From positions 64,001 to 128,000 of the IMG/VR virus record IMGVR_UViG_3300029305_003110: a stretch of 64,000 nucleotides of DNA; one strand, written 5' to 3'. The notes under the pieces are model-generated. The model was not told where the DNA came from. It made no database searches and worked only from the letters and a program-made list of their open reading frames with translations. Positions within the stretch are counted from its first letter, which is position 1; the number at the start of each line of letters is the position of its first letter. A program made the position numbers and the translations under genes. Below, piece after piece: positions 39,351 to 49,509 of the stretch. The stretch comes from a virus. Taxonomy: Duplodnaviria; Caudoviricetes.

Positions 39351-40565
39351 TTATAATGTGATCGTCTTTAAATCAATCTTCTTTATAGATGCTGTACTAT
39401 TGTGGAATTTCTTCATATTTAAATTAAGCATAGTTGACGATACTTTAGATGCTGTCAATCCGATATTATCTATTCCTAGTTTATCATACATTGAGCCTGC
39501 ACAAACTCTACATAAGTTATCACTAGTACAGTACATAGGAGAGCGAAGTTTTACTGTTTTATTCATATATTTATCAATATTAGTTTCATCTAAATGAACG
39601 ATTTTTCCATTCTCAATAATATTTCTATACATTAAATCTTGTTTGACCCAAGGTGTTATTGTTATTTCAAGATATCCTTTACTTCCACAATCCGAGCCAG
39701 GGGCATCTAATACAATACCCTGAAATGCTGCTGTTAATTGTTTTGAAAAATAACCAGAAGTCTGTGTTCCTACTGCTTTAGGATAAGCACCGGTTATAAT
39801 CGCCGTACCATATGATGGAATTTCTTCTTTTCGAATTCCTTCCATAAAGTTAGATTGAACCATATCCCATTTTCCTGTAGTTGGATTAAATACGGGTCCT
39901 TTCATAACGGCAATATTTTTATAGTTGTTATCGAATGAACCTTTTGCACCAGAATTATATAAATCCATACCAGGATCATCTTTCATTTCTTTTCTTGCTA
40001 AAGCTTTAACCTCTTCTTCAACTTTAACAGCAGTAACGACATTACCGTCATCTAATTCTTTTTTATTTTCTTTTATCAATTTATCTCTCAATTTAATAAC
40101 ATTTGCATCCGGTTTTAATATTTTCATTGTAAAAGACCCAGAAAATATTGAATTGAACTGGTATCCTAACCACTGAGTTCTATTTAAATATTTTGCCATA
40201 TCCTCTACAGTGATCTTATCTGTTAATAAAGCTTTTGATAATTTATCTTCAATACCGGAATGTGTTTTTGCATTTATTGGTGTATTTATATACCCAACAA
40301 TATCAGAAAAACTTTCTTCTATTATCAATTTATTATAAATAAATAATCCGATATTTGTAGTTATCTTTTCCTTATTAAAATATTCCCCTTTTTCCAATGT
40401 AAAAGTATCATATGTTTTATACTTACTTGGAATTACACGAAATTTTTTTGTTTCTTTATCGACAATACTTCTATCAGCAAAATTGGTTTCAATAAATTCT
40501 GCTGTAATATCATCAGGTTTTAAATTTAAAAAGAATTGTTTTTGCTCATTTGTTAATATAGACAT
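39351..40565 (-). CDS. rpoC: RNA polymerase beta' subunit, C-terminal part (probably virion RNAP)
   Basis: TTNIG...N, SGAKG, SNFMEG, TQTSGYFSKQL (bridge helix), DCGS, LRSPMYC, CRVCAG, NIGL, MKKFH (trigger loop). In a late-promoter unit. Confidence 0.88.
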   Translation of the reverse strand: MSILTNEQKQFFLNLKPDDITAEFIETNFADRSIVDKETKKFRVIPSKYKTYDTFTLEKGEYFNKEKITTNIGLFIYNKLIIEESFSDIVGYINTPINAKTHSGIEDKLSKALLTDKITVEDMAKYLNRTQWLGYQFNSIFSGSFTMKILKPDANVIKLRDKLIKENKKELDDGNVVTAVKVEEEVKALARKEMKDDPGMDLYNSGAKGSFDNNYKNIAVMKGPVFNPTTGKWDMVQSNFMEGIRKEEIPSYGTAIITGAYPKAVGTQTSGYFSKQLTAAFQGIVLDAPGSDCGSKGYLEITITPWVKQDLMYRNIIENGKIVHLDETNIDKYMNKTVKLRSPMYCTSDNLCRVCAGSMYDKLGIDNIGLTASKVSSTMLNLNMKKFHNSTASIKKIDLKTITL

Positions 40566-41017
40566 AAGTCATTATCCCACCCTTCAGTTGGTGCTAATAT
40601 ATTATTATCTATTACAAATTTAATTATTTCGAGATAATCTGAATTTGTTATATTATATGTCATGTTTAATGTATATGTCGGAACGCCCAATGCTTGTGAT
40701 AAAATTGCTGTATATATTTTTTTATATGCCTCATTTTTATTATGCTCACAATAATACAGCGGATGGTGTATTAGATAATCTATAATGGCTAAAGTAATAT
40801 CAGTTTCTTTCAATCCGTATCCAATATCTATTATATTAAATAATATCGAATCATAGATATTTTCAGCTCTTTCTCTTGATATAATATTAAGTGTTACTAA
40901 TACTGACAATTTTGTAGAAATTATTTTTCGTAATAAAATATACTCATGAAGATACTCTTTATCCGTTTTCAAATCATCCACATCATCGTATATTGTATCA
41001 TATATTGTGTTTTTCAT
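40553..41017 (-). CDS. Hypothetical protein
   Basis: 154-aa ORF with RBS, late-type promoter at 41054-41065. Confidence 0.6.
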   Translation of the reverse strand: MKNTIYDTIYDDVDDLKTDKEYLHEYILLRKIISTKLSVLVTLNIISRERAENIYDSILFNIIDIGYGLKETDITLAIIDYLIHHPLYYCEHNKNEAYKKIYTAILSQALGVPTYTLNMTYNITNSDYLEIIKFVIDNNILAPTEGWDNDLCLY

Positions 41018-41139
41018 TTTTCTCCCTCCTGATATTTAATTTGTGGGGTGTATTAAAATACTGTTCACGACATATATAAAATGTAGTAATACAGATACAA
41101 TAAAATACCTGTATTACTACATAATGTAAAAGTTTATAC

Positions 41140-42030
41140 TTAGGAGGTATAAATTCTATATACTATAGTTAAGTCTTTAGAAAGTGTTAACATTTCGTTA
41201 TTAATATTTAATTTAGAGAATAATTTACAATATGTATAATCATCACCATCTTTAACTCCAGTAAATAGACCTATTGAGTTTATTCTGGCTGATTCTATAT
41301 TTGATTCAAAATATTCTCTGACATCATTTTTACTAAGTTTAAGTGTTAATTCGATAAATGTTTCAATAGCTTCATTTTCACCCGTATACAATTTATCATC
41401 GACAGCAGCACCATCTTCATCACCTTCTGCATCTTTCTTTAATACTTTAATAGGAGAGATAGTACTTCCATCAGAAGATGCAAATGGTTCAAATTTTTTT
41501 AAATAAAATGCAGTTTTGCCATCAGTTTCTACTTTTCCAAAATACATGGGGTTGTCAAGTTTATTGACAGTATCCGGTTCATCAGTTAATCTAATTGGTA
41601 TCATATCAAAAATTTCACGTTCACGATATTCAACAGATTTTACAGAAGACATAGATTCTCCAGAACCACCAATTCCGACACCAAATAAACATACTAGCGC
41701 ATCCGATTCTTTAACACTTCCGCTCGGCGATTTAAATTTCGGACGAGGCAATGTATTAGATCCCGGATCACTATCGGTAAGTTCATGTAAATATTTTACT
41801 TTGAATCCTTGATTTACTCCAAATAATTTTTCAAGAGTGAACTGCGCTCCACCCAATACAATCATATTTTCAGTTTCAAAGGCAACTTCACCGAAACGTG
41901 TTACACCATTTTTATCGCAATATGCATCATAACCACCAATGATTTTAGTTCTTACAAATGGTTTATTTTGTAATCCTGCAAGAGCATCATGATGATTAAG
42001 AGTATCCTTTAAAATAGTATTATTGCTCAT
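41140..42030 (-). CDS. Probable virion structural protein (baseplate/tail-like)
   Basis: ENMIVLGG, FGVGIGG, INSIGLF, L.IVYRIY pattern seen in fibre-collar/baseplate proteins. Late-type promoter at 42062-42073. Confidence 0.55.
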   Translation of the reverse strand: MSNNTILKDTLNHHDALAGLQNKPFVRTKIIGGYDAYCDKNGVTRFGEVAFETENMIVLGGAQFTLEKLFGVNQGFKVKYLHELTDSDPGSNTLPRPKFKSPSGSVKESDALVCLFGVGIGGSGESMSSVKSVEYREREIFDMIPIRLTDEPDTVNKLDNPMYFGKVETDGKTAFYLKKFEPFASSDGSTISPIKVLKKDAEGDEDGAAVDDKLYTGENEAIETFIELTLKLSKNDVREYFESNIESARINSIGLFTGVKDGDDYTYCKLFSKLNINNEMLTLSKDLTIVYRIYTS

Positions 42031-42061
42031 TTTATGTCATCCTTTCTTTTATTTAAATTCT

Positions 42062-42073
42062 TATAGTTATGTT
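42062..42073 (-). promoter_or_regulatory. Late-type promoter AACA-N6-TA (representative minus-strand copy)
   Basis: Other minus-strand copies upstream of genes or units at 31256, 41054, 51893, 57037, 59577, 60458, 60464 and 60836. Confidence 0.72.
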
Positions 42074-42076
42074 TTA

Positions 42077-44941
42077 TCAGCTATCCCAAATTATAAATAA
42101 TTTATCTCGCATACTTTTCATATTATTAATATAGAGCGAATTATTCATATCATTAATATCATCACAATATTCAAAATCTATTATATCATTTTGCAATACT
42201 GTAGATTTGATATGGGACTTTTCTTTTAATAAAATATTTGTATAAACTTTTGATAATATGGTAAATAATAAATTTTCACTATATTTTATTTCATCATTAG
42301 TTAATAATTTTTTCGATATATAACTTAGTTTATCTTCTGCACTTAATTGATGATTAGATTGTATATATTTACAAATATCATCAATATCATCATCTTGTTT
42401 TAATTCATCTTTACTATTTATAAAAATTGACATAATAATATTATCTATATATGACGAATATGAGCTAATATTTATATCCTTTTCAGTAGTAATATTATCT
42501 TTTAATCGACTATTAAAATATTCCTGTATCATCGATTTCTTAGATATAGCCATTATATAATCGATTATAGGAACTTCTACATTGTTATCAGTATATTTGT
42601 CTTTAAGATATATTTTTAAAAAGTATTTATACCTATCAATTATAGAAAGTTTGTCAGAATTACCATCTATAGAAATTGATATTGATTTTATTATATCAGA
42701 ATAATCCTGTCTCATATTAGTAGATGGATGTATAACTTTTTCTATATAGTTAATATCATCTATTATTTTTATAGCATTATAATGCTTTGAATCAAATAGA
42801 TAAACTATATTAAATCCCGTTAGATCCGTTGTATATGATTTAAAAAATCTTAATAATTTTATTAATGCAGTAAATGCAGGATTTTGTGAATCGTTTATTA
42901 TATACAAATACTGTAATGATGTTATTAATTCATTTATTTTAAATATAGTATGTTCAATTGCACCATTCAATTCTGACGTTTCTAAATTTACTAAAATAGT
43001 ATATAATTTATCGTCATTATATTGTAAATATTCTGCATACGTATCAGCAGTTTGTTCTACCATATCACCATTATCATCGAGTTTTTTTATTTTAAACATA
43101 TTATTTTGTGCATCAGTTGACATAGATATATTAAAAATCCTCTTATATATCCTGTATTCTTCAATATCTGTAGCAGTATACATCTTCTCTACAATGTAAT
43201 CATTATATTCTCGTATCTTTTCATATAGTGAATTAACATGCTCTGGTTTTGTTATAGATAAATCGTTAAAATATTTTTTTATTATTGGTTTGCCATCTCC
43301 ATCTTTTTCAAGTTTATCTGCATTATCATCAATAAATTTATGAATAGCAGTAAGTTCGTCTTCGTTAAAATTGAATCCGTATATATGTGATATTTGTGAT
43401 GATGTTGAATTAATATTGCCGGCAAACCCATTAAGTTTACATACCACTGCTATTAAAAATACTACAACGTCAAATATTTTAAACTGTGCATCTTGCTCTT
43501 GATACAGTTTTGGTAAATCTAATGTATAATTAACTAACTCATCCTTCTTACTAATTAGCATATTAAATGCATATGTTATTTCAAACAGCATTTCTGTCAT
43601 TTTATACATAAGATTTAAACTTAAATACTTAGTTTCAACGAAATTAAAATCATTGGCGTATTTAGCATTATCTAGGTCAGAATCTTCCCACCAATATGGA
43701 TCATTAGATGTGACTTCATCGTAATCTAATTTATTTGTATTATTGAGCATAGCTAATACCGTATTACGTTCATTCACATTTACTGATTGAAAATATAATT
43801 CATACATCGCATCGCGGTCTTCAATTAATACTGGATTACCTTGTTCATCTAATATTGTATTTCCTTGTTCATCTTTACTTTCAATATATTTAAATATAGG
43901 ATTTCCATCAGGATCTAGTTTATGTTGCTTAACTAGATAATATTTAAATATATTCATTCTTTCATATCCTAATAAAGAGCATATATCAAATAACACTTTA
44001 TCTGTCGATTTATATCTTAACAGATTATTTAAATTTTTTACTAAAGTAACATGTTTTTCTATAGGCAAATCTTCAATGAACGGAACATTGTACATTTTAT
44101 ACATATTTTGAATAAATGTCCAATCATAAAAATCTCTTTGTATCCCCATTTTAAATGTAGTAGATACGACTCGTTGTATAGTCATTATCATTATACATAA
44201 TGCTATAAAATTATCATACATATCATATTTGGCAGAATAATCTTGTATAAATAATGCTACCATAAAATACTGACGATTCTGCTCATATATTGTCAAAAAT
44301 TCATTATAAAATTCATCGGGCACATCTTTACCTATTTTTATTATTGAAAAGTTATTAGCTTGTCGAGCTGTTACTATAGATATTTTATTTTCTCCTAAAT
44401 ATTTTAAATATTTTTTATCCGGGTTTTCTTCAATAATTTTATCAATAAAACCAGCTTTGTTTAATGTGTAAATAATTTCATTAGAACATTCATGAATATA
44501 TATGTAATCTACATTTATTTCTATATTATATTTACTTAATTCATCTTTTGTTAATTTAATATATTCATTCGGTTCTTCTTCTATATCAGGTAGACCATTA
44601 AGCATTCTGTAGTAATTATTCTTTTCAACATAATTTTCAATTATTTCTTTACGTTGTTCTCTAATAACAGCATCTCGCATGCTATATGGTATTTCATATT
44701 TATTATTAGATAATTCAAATGGATCATATTCTGAACCTAATGTCATGCCCACCTTTTCCAATATATCAATACTAAAATTAGGATATCCGTCAAAACTATC
44801 TGTTTCCATAACAGCATTAATATACATATCAGCATCTCGCAAACTATCAACTGTTTCATATTTTTTTGCAATTTTAGTATATTTTATTTCAGATGAATTG
44901 AGCAAATATCGTATATCTTTAATTAAAGTTTCTAATAACAT
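42077..44941 (-). CDS. Large probable virion structural protein
   Basis: 954 aa with YVEKNNYYRMLNGLP and LLRYKSTDK motifs, adjacent to a structural gene. Confidence 0.6.
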   Translation of the reverse strand: MLLETLIKDIRYLLNSSEIKYTKIAKKYETVDSLRDADMYINAVMETDSFDGYPNFSIDILEKVGMTLGSEYDPFELSNNKYEIPYSMRDAVIREQRKEIIENYVEKNNYYRMLNGLPDIEEEPNEYIKLTKDELSKYNIEINVDYIYIHECSNEIIYTLNKAGFIDKIIEENPDKKYLKYLGENKISIVTARQANNFSIIKIGKDVPDEFYNEFLTIYEQNRQYFMVALFIQDYSAKYDMYDNFIALCIMIMTIQRVVSTTFKMGIQRDFYDWTFIQNMYKMYNVPFIEDLPIEKHVTLVKNLNNLLRYKSTDKVLFDICSLLGYERMNIFKYYLVKQHKLDPDGNPIFKYIESKDEQGNTILDEQGNPVLIEDRDAMYELYFQSVNVNERNTVLAMLNNTNKLDYDEVTSNDPYWWEDSDLDNAKYANDFNFVETKYLSLNLMYKMTEMLFEITYAFNMLISKKDELVNYTLDLPKLYQEQDAQFKIFDVVVFLIAVVCKLNGFAGNINSTSSQISHIYGFNFNEDELTAIHKFIDDNADKLEKDGDGKPIIKKYFNDLSITKPEHVNSLYEKIREYNDYIVEKMYTATDIEEYRIYKRIFNISMSTDAQNNMFKIKKLDDNGDMVEQTADTYAEYLQYNDDKLYTILVNLETSELNGAIEHTIFKINELITSLQYLYIINDSQNPAFTALIKLLRFFKSYTTDLTGFNIVYLFDSKHYNAIKIIDDINYIEKVIHPSTNMRQDYSDIIKSISISIDGNSDKLSIIDRYKYFLKIYLKDKYTDNNVEVPIIDYIMAISKKSMIQEYFNSRLKDNITTEKDINISSYSSYIDNIIMSIFINSKDELKQDDDIDDICKYIQSNHQLSAEDKLSYISKKLLTNDEIKYSENLLFTILSKVYTNILLKEKSHIKSTVLQNDIIDFEYCDDINDMNNSLYINNMKSMRDKLFIIWDS

Positions 44942-45042
44942 GAATTACCCTCCAATCCTCTAAATGTTGTTTTGTTATAGTTTTTTCAGCACTAAACAAT
45001 GTAATAATTACTATAATGTAGTTTAAATATATTTGAAAAGGA

Positions 45043-45696
45043 GTGTTAGTAATGGATAGTTTACCTAATATCGATTATAAAAAACCATCGAAAAATCCAA
45101 CTATCGATTCTGATACAAGCTTATATTCATTACCATATTACAAAGATTCTGAATATTTTTCTAATTTAGATAATTTTGTCTCGTTTATTAAAGCTGTCGA
45201 ACAAACAGTTCGAACATCTAAATATTATTCAAGGTATATAAAATATTTAAAAGAGGATGTTGGATTAAATTTCTGTCAGGTATTATCTAATATTAAATCA
45301 GAAGACGAAGATGCATATACTAAAATAGAAATGCATCATGGACCGATATTAACATTATTCGATTATATAGCAATAATCGTAGATTACTATTTATATCATG
45401 ATAAAAAAATAAATACATTCATAATAGCGGATGTTGTCCTTGAGGAGCATTTTAATAATAACGTGCAGGTCGTTATGTTATCCGAAACAGTTCATCAAGA
45501 AGTCCATGAAAATAATGTTTTTTTAAATATTAAGCATGCATTTGGTGACTTAAATACATTCTTAAAAAAATATAAAGATGGAATAAGTGATGAACAAATA
45601 TTAAAAATAAATCGTTATCTTGAATTATGCGATCAATATGACTCATTCGATAAGCATACGTTAGATTTAAGAGAAATGGTTAAAAAATGGAATTAA
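45043..45696 (+). CDS. HNH-like protein (paralog of 51209..51865)
   Basis: C..L.NI, IEMHHGP.LTLFD, MLSETVHQEVH. Confidence 0.55.
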   Translation: MLVMDSLPNIDYKKPSKNPTIDSDTSLYSLPYYKDSEYFSNLDNFVSFIKAVEQTVRTSKYYSRYIKYLKEDVGLNFCQVLSNIKSEDEDAYTKIEMHHGPILTLFDYIAIIVDYYLYHDKKINTFIIADVVLEEHFNNNVQVVMLSETVHQEVHENNVFLNIKHAFGDLNTFLKKYKDGISDEQILKINRYLELCDQYDSFDKHTLDLREMVKKWN

Positions 45697-45720
45697 TTAA
45701 TTTTTAAGGGGGTATAAAAT

Positions 45721-46176
45721 GTGAGTCCACAGGCGATATATATTATAGTAGGGCTTTCTGTATCTATAATAACCTTGTTATTATTTATTATAGGTTTTGC
45801 AAATATTGTCAAAAAGAACAATGAAAAAAATAAAAAAATAATATCTAGTCAAGAGGATGAAATTCATAAGCTTCTTGAAGCAAATAGTTTATCTTTACCA
45901 TATGACTCTATTATTAAAATAATTAATGATACAATAGATACTATTTGGAAAGATAAATATTTATTGTATTATAGACTAAAAGAAATTCGTATAATACCAA
46001 ATATGGATGAAGAGGTTAAAAATATAACAACCGAAATAATAGAGTCTTTTAGCAAACCATTCATAGATAATACTTTAAAATATTTTAGTTTAGATTACTT
46101 TACCGTTATGATTACTCGTAAAGTACAAATGTTATTAATTGAGTATACAAATACATATAAACCGAATACTAAGTAA
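45721..46176 (+). CDS. Membrane-anchored hypothetical protein
   Basis: N-terminal TM helix followed by a basic patch. Confidence 0.6.
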   Translation: MSPQAIYIIVGLSVSIITLLLFIIGFANIVKKNNEKNKKIISSQEDEIHKLLEANSLSLPYDSIIKIINDTIDTIWKDKYLLYYRLKEIRIIPNMDEEVKNITTEIIESFSKPFIDNTLKYFSLDYFTVMITRKVQMLLIEYTNTYKPNTK

Positions 46177-46191
46177 TTACTTAGTATTCGG
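46162..46191. terminator. Perfect 30-bp palindrome between convergent genes
   Basis: ccgaatactaagtaa|ttacttagtattcgg, overlapping the stop codon of 45721..46176. Confidence 0.65.
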
Positions 46192-46194
46192 GTT

Positions 46195-46947
46195 TTATAT
46201 TAATAGATTTATAATCGGAATAATATAGTGAATAAAGTTATAGTTAATATCAATATCTGTTATATCATCTGTATCGATAACACCTACCATTGTTTTCATT
46301 AATGATATATTTAATTTAAATAATGAGTCTTTATTAAGTTCTCTATAATAACCTATCTCTAATTGCCTAGTCTTATAATAATATGAAAACTCTTTAATGT
46401 TTTTAATTACAATATCTCTCGATGTAGTTTCCATCATTTTAAATATTTTAAACAAGAAATCTAGCATGTAATCTTTATGTAATTTTAATTTATCATCATT
46501 TATTCCTTTTACATCTATACTATCTGTACTTAAATAAAATTCAAACTTATTTATGTAATAATATGATGTATATATATGTTTTTCCACGAACTCAATATTA
46601 TCAAAAACTAATTTATCACATCTTCGGGTTGTTATAATTGCATCTTTTTTTATTGATAGTATATCTTCATCCACCAAATTATTACTTTCAAAAAAAATTC
46701 GTCTAGCTTCAACAAATGCATTATTTAATGATTTTTTTAAATCTTTATCATTCTTTTCATATAACCCAATCATTATTTGACGTTTCTTTTTATCTAAACT
46801 TTCTAGATGTTTGATTTTACTTTCACTTAATAATTTAAATTTTTTAATTAAATTAAAACCCGCACTTTTTATATCATATTCAATTATTTCTTGTGATACA
46901 ATATATGGAACGGATTTATTTAAATAGTTGTGCTTCTCCCACAACAT
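46195..46947 (-). CDS. Divergent family-B DNA polymerase palm-like protein
   Basis: IIEYDIKSAG (motif A-like) and ILSIKKDAII (motif C-like), then IDVKGI. Confidence 0.55.
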   Translation of the reverse strand: MLWEKHNYLNKSVPYIVSQEIIEYDIKSAGFNLIKKFKLLSESKIKHLESLDKKKRQIMIGLYEKNDKDLKKSLNNAFVEARRIFFESNNLVDEDILSIKKDAIITTRRCDKLVFDNIEFVEKHIYTSYYYINKFEFYLSTDSIDVKGINDDKLKLHKDYMLDFLFKIFKMMETTSRDIVIKNIKEFSYYYKTRQLEIGYYRELNKDSLFKLNISLMKTMVGVIDTDDITDIDINYNFIHYIIPIINLLI

Positions 46948-47029
46948 ATTAGTAACCCCCTCCTATTTTTTTATATAGATGAGAATGAGATACCAGTGAG
47001 CCGGTTCTCATTCTCATCATTTTTTTGTT

Positions 47030-47725
47030 TTAGAATAATGTCTTTATAATCTTCTTAACCATATCTGATTTTTCCATAGACTTCTTTAATTTAAGTCCTT
47101 TAGATTTAGCAAATTCTATAAGTTCAGATTTCTTAAGCTGTTTAAGTCTTTCTTTTATCTCAGACTTATCAATTGTAGCTTCAGCATCTGTATCTATATC
47201 ATTTAACTTTTTCTTAAGGACCTTAATTATTTTTTTCTTATTATCTCCGACACTATTGCACTTTTTAGGATTCTTTTTATATTTTTTATAGCTAAATACT
47301 TTTGCACCATATATAGCTGTAATATAATCTCCTAAAATATCGAGATAACCATATTCGTCTTCGTCTTTGGAACACAATAGTACCACATTACTGTTTTCAA
47401 CAGTTGCTAATTTAACCAATACAGTTATCAAAGACTCAACCTTTGGATTGGATAAATAGTTAACGTATTTCTTTTCATATTTTGAAGCATTTCCGCTTCC
47501 TAATAATTCAGAAACAACATTTGGTGGCGGAATTAACGATGGTGTTGCATAAACATTATCATATTTCTTTTCTGTTTTAATATCCTGAGATACTAACAGG
47601 AAATTATATTTTTTGTAATTAAAATTCTTAAGAAAATCATCTAGAAATTCTTTAGAATTCATTTTAATAATCGCCGCCATATCCATTTCCTCTCTTCTTA
47701 CTATACTTATATGACATATTTTCAT
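47030..47725 (-). CDS. Hypothetical protein with C-terminal Rho-N/SAP-like nucleic-acid-binding helix pair
   Basis: LKQLKKSELIEFAKSKGL..MEKSDMVKKI. The N-terminal LIPP..Y..YL..VVLLC region is weakly DUF488-like. Likely start is MDMAA. Confidence 0.55.
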   Translation of the reverse strand: MKICHISIVRREEMDMAAIIKMNSKEFLDDFLKNFNYKKYNFLLVSQDIKTEKKYDNVYATPSLIPPPNVVSELLGSGNASKYEKKYVNYLSNPKVESLITVLVKLATVENSNVVLLCSKDEDEYGYLDILGDYITAIYGAKVFSYKKYKKNPKKCNSVGDNKKKIIKVLKKKLNDIDTDAEATIDKSEIKERLKQLKKSELIEFAKSKGLKLKKSMEKSDMVKKIIKTLF

Positions 47726-49490
47726 TTACAGAATCATCATACATGTTTTCCATTTCTTCTTCACTGATGCTTGATCTTAATGTATTTCTCATTGATTCAA
47801 CATCGTCTGAAGATTCATCTGTATCTGGTTCAATGAATTTTATAAAACTCTGTTCATTTTCAGATGGCAAATCCTCAGCAATGTCTTCTTCAGGAGTCTC
47901 TACATCATATACCTGAGGTTCTTCAGTATCATCTTCAGTCACAACATCTTCTACAGATTCATAGAATTCTTCTGTAACTACCTTGTCTGATGGTTCGATA
48001 TCGATATGAACAGACTGACCTGCGTAATTTGATACTGTGATTTCAATTTCTTCTTCATCACAATCTACCGTAGCTTCTGGAGCTTCGCAGAAGTTTTCTT
48101 CAATCTCTTCTTCCTCATATTCACAAGGATCATCCTCATCAACTTCACATGAATCGACCTCAGTAATAAATCTTACACTTGATACAACTGCATCGACAGC
48201 ATCAATATTATCTTCTTCTGTCGAATCTGTTACAACACACTCAGGATCGTCTTTAATTTCATTATATTCGTCATATAATTCATCAGATACTGCGGTTGTT
48301 ACAGTTTCAGATATGGTTGATGGCTTATCAATATCTTCAATAGCTGATTCCGTATCAATTCTATCGATTACCGCATCATATGAGTTCTGTACATATTCAT
48401 CATTTTCAGGATCTGTATAAAATTCATCATCAGAATCCTTATCATCATCTTCAATATCCTCACGGATATCATCATAAAATTCATCTGCAACATCAAGAAC
48501 TTCTCTCATATTAATATGGAATGATGGTTTTGTCTCTTCTGTTGCTTCTTCAGTAATATTAACTTTTGGTTCATCTGTAGAACATACAGGAATGCTTGGT
48601 AAAGCATCAACTGCACTTTCATACATATTTTCCATTTCTTCTTCAGAAATTTTTACATCAAATTCATTCTCTCTATCATACATATCGTCATCTTCCTTTC
48701 CAAATATGTCTTCTCTTGTTACTTGCTTTTGTGCAACCGCTTTATTATCTCCTTCGATAACAAGAACGGCGTCTGTTAATTGATATGCTAATTGTTTAGA
48801 CATATCTATCTCTTTCTTTTCATATTTAGGGTCTATTCTTCTTCGTATATCATAGAATGTATAGCTTTTTCTACATTTTGGACATGTTAACTTATAAAAG
48901 TTCTCATCATATTCGAGAAACTCTTCACACATATCACCATTAGCATTAAGCCCCCCACATATCATTTCGTCGCCTTTGATTTTATAAATATATGCAAAAT
49001 CAAGAATGACTAGTTGACCATCATCTCGATATCCCCAGTTCATGAAGTTCTTCGAAATAGTGCCGACATCTCCCATAATATATCCTTGGGCTAAATAAGA
49101 CAATATTTGTCGAATTTTATCCTTCTTATCCATAAACTCTTCTTTCGAAATAACAGTCACATACTCTGCAACAACAATAAGACCATTACACTCATATGTC
49201 TTTGTTACATAAGGTTGCAGTTCTTTTGCTATAGCGAATTCTGACCAGTTATCCTTTATACCATATTCATCCATCGCAATCTTAAATACGAATCCATCAA
49301 TCAATATAGCATATCTATTGGTTCCTGGTCCAAGTTCAGTATAGTCAATATTGTATTTATCTAGCACGCTTACCATTAAATCAACCTTTGTATTATTATC
49401 CGCTATTGTAACGTCGTTACATATTTTATTTAAAGCCAATAATACATCTCTTGATAAATACTCATGAATTTTACTTTTAATAACTTTCAT
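47664..49490 (-). CDS. Protein kinase-like domain + Zn ribbon + long acidic tail
   Basis: LGPGTNR (Gly loop), VFKIA, N.SE, GDVGTISKNFMNWG (catalytic loop), ILDFAY, CPKC. More than 300 D/E-rich residues follow. Confidence 0.65.
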   Translation of the reverse strand: MKVIKSKIHEYLSRDVLLALNKICNDVTIADNNTKVDLMVSVLDKYNIDYTELGPGTNRYAILIDGFVFKIAMDEYGIKDNWSEFAIAKELQPYVTKTYECNGLIVVAEYVTVISKEEFMDKKDKIRQILSYLAQGYIMGDVGTISKNFMNWGYRDDGQLVILDFAYIYKIKGDEMICGGLNANGDMCEEFLEYDENFYKLTCPKCRKSYTFYDIRRRIDPKYEKKEIDMSKQLAYQLTDAVLVIEGDNKAVAQKQVTREDIFGKEDDDMYDRENEFDVKISEEEMENMYESAVDALPSIPVCSTDEPKVNITEEATEETKPSFHINMREVLDVADEFYDDIREDIEDDDKDSDDEFYTDPENDEYVQNSYDAVIDRIDTESAIEDIDKPSTISETVTTAVSDELYDEYNEIKDDPECVVTDSTEEDNIDAVDAVVSSVRFITEVDSCEVDEDDPCEYEEEEIEENFCEAPEATVDCDEEEIEITVSNYAGQSVHIDIEPSDKVVTEEFYESVEDVVTEDDTEEPQVYDVETPEEDIAEDLPSENEQSFIKFIEPDTDESSDDVESMRNTLRSSISEEEMENMYDDSVNENMSYKYSKKRGNGYGGDY

Positions 49491-49509
49491 TATTTGTTAA
49501 CCTCCTATT

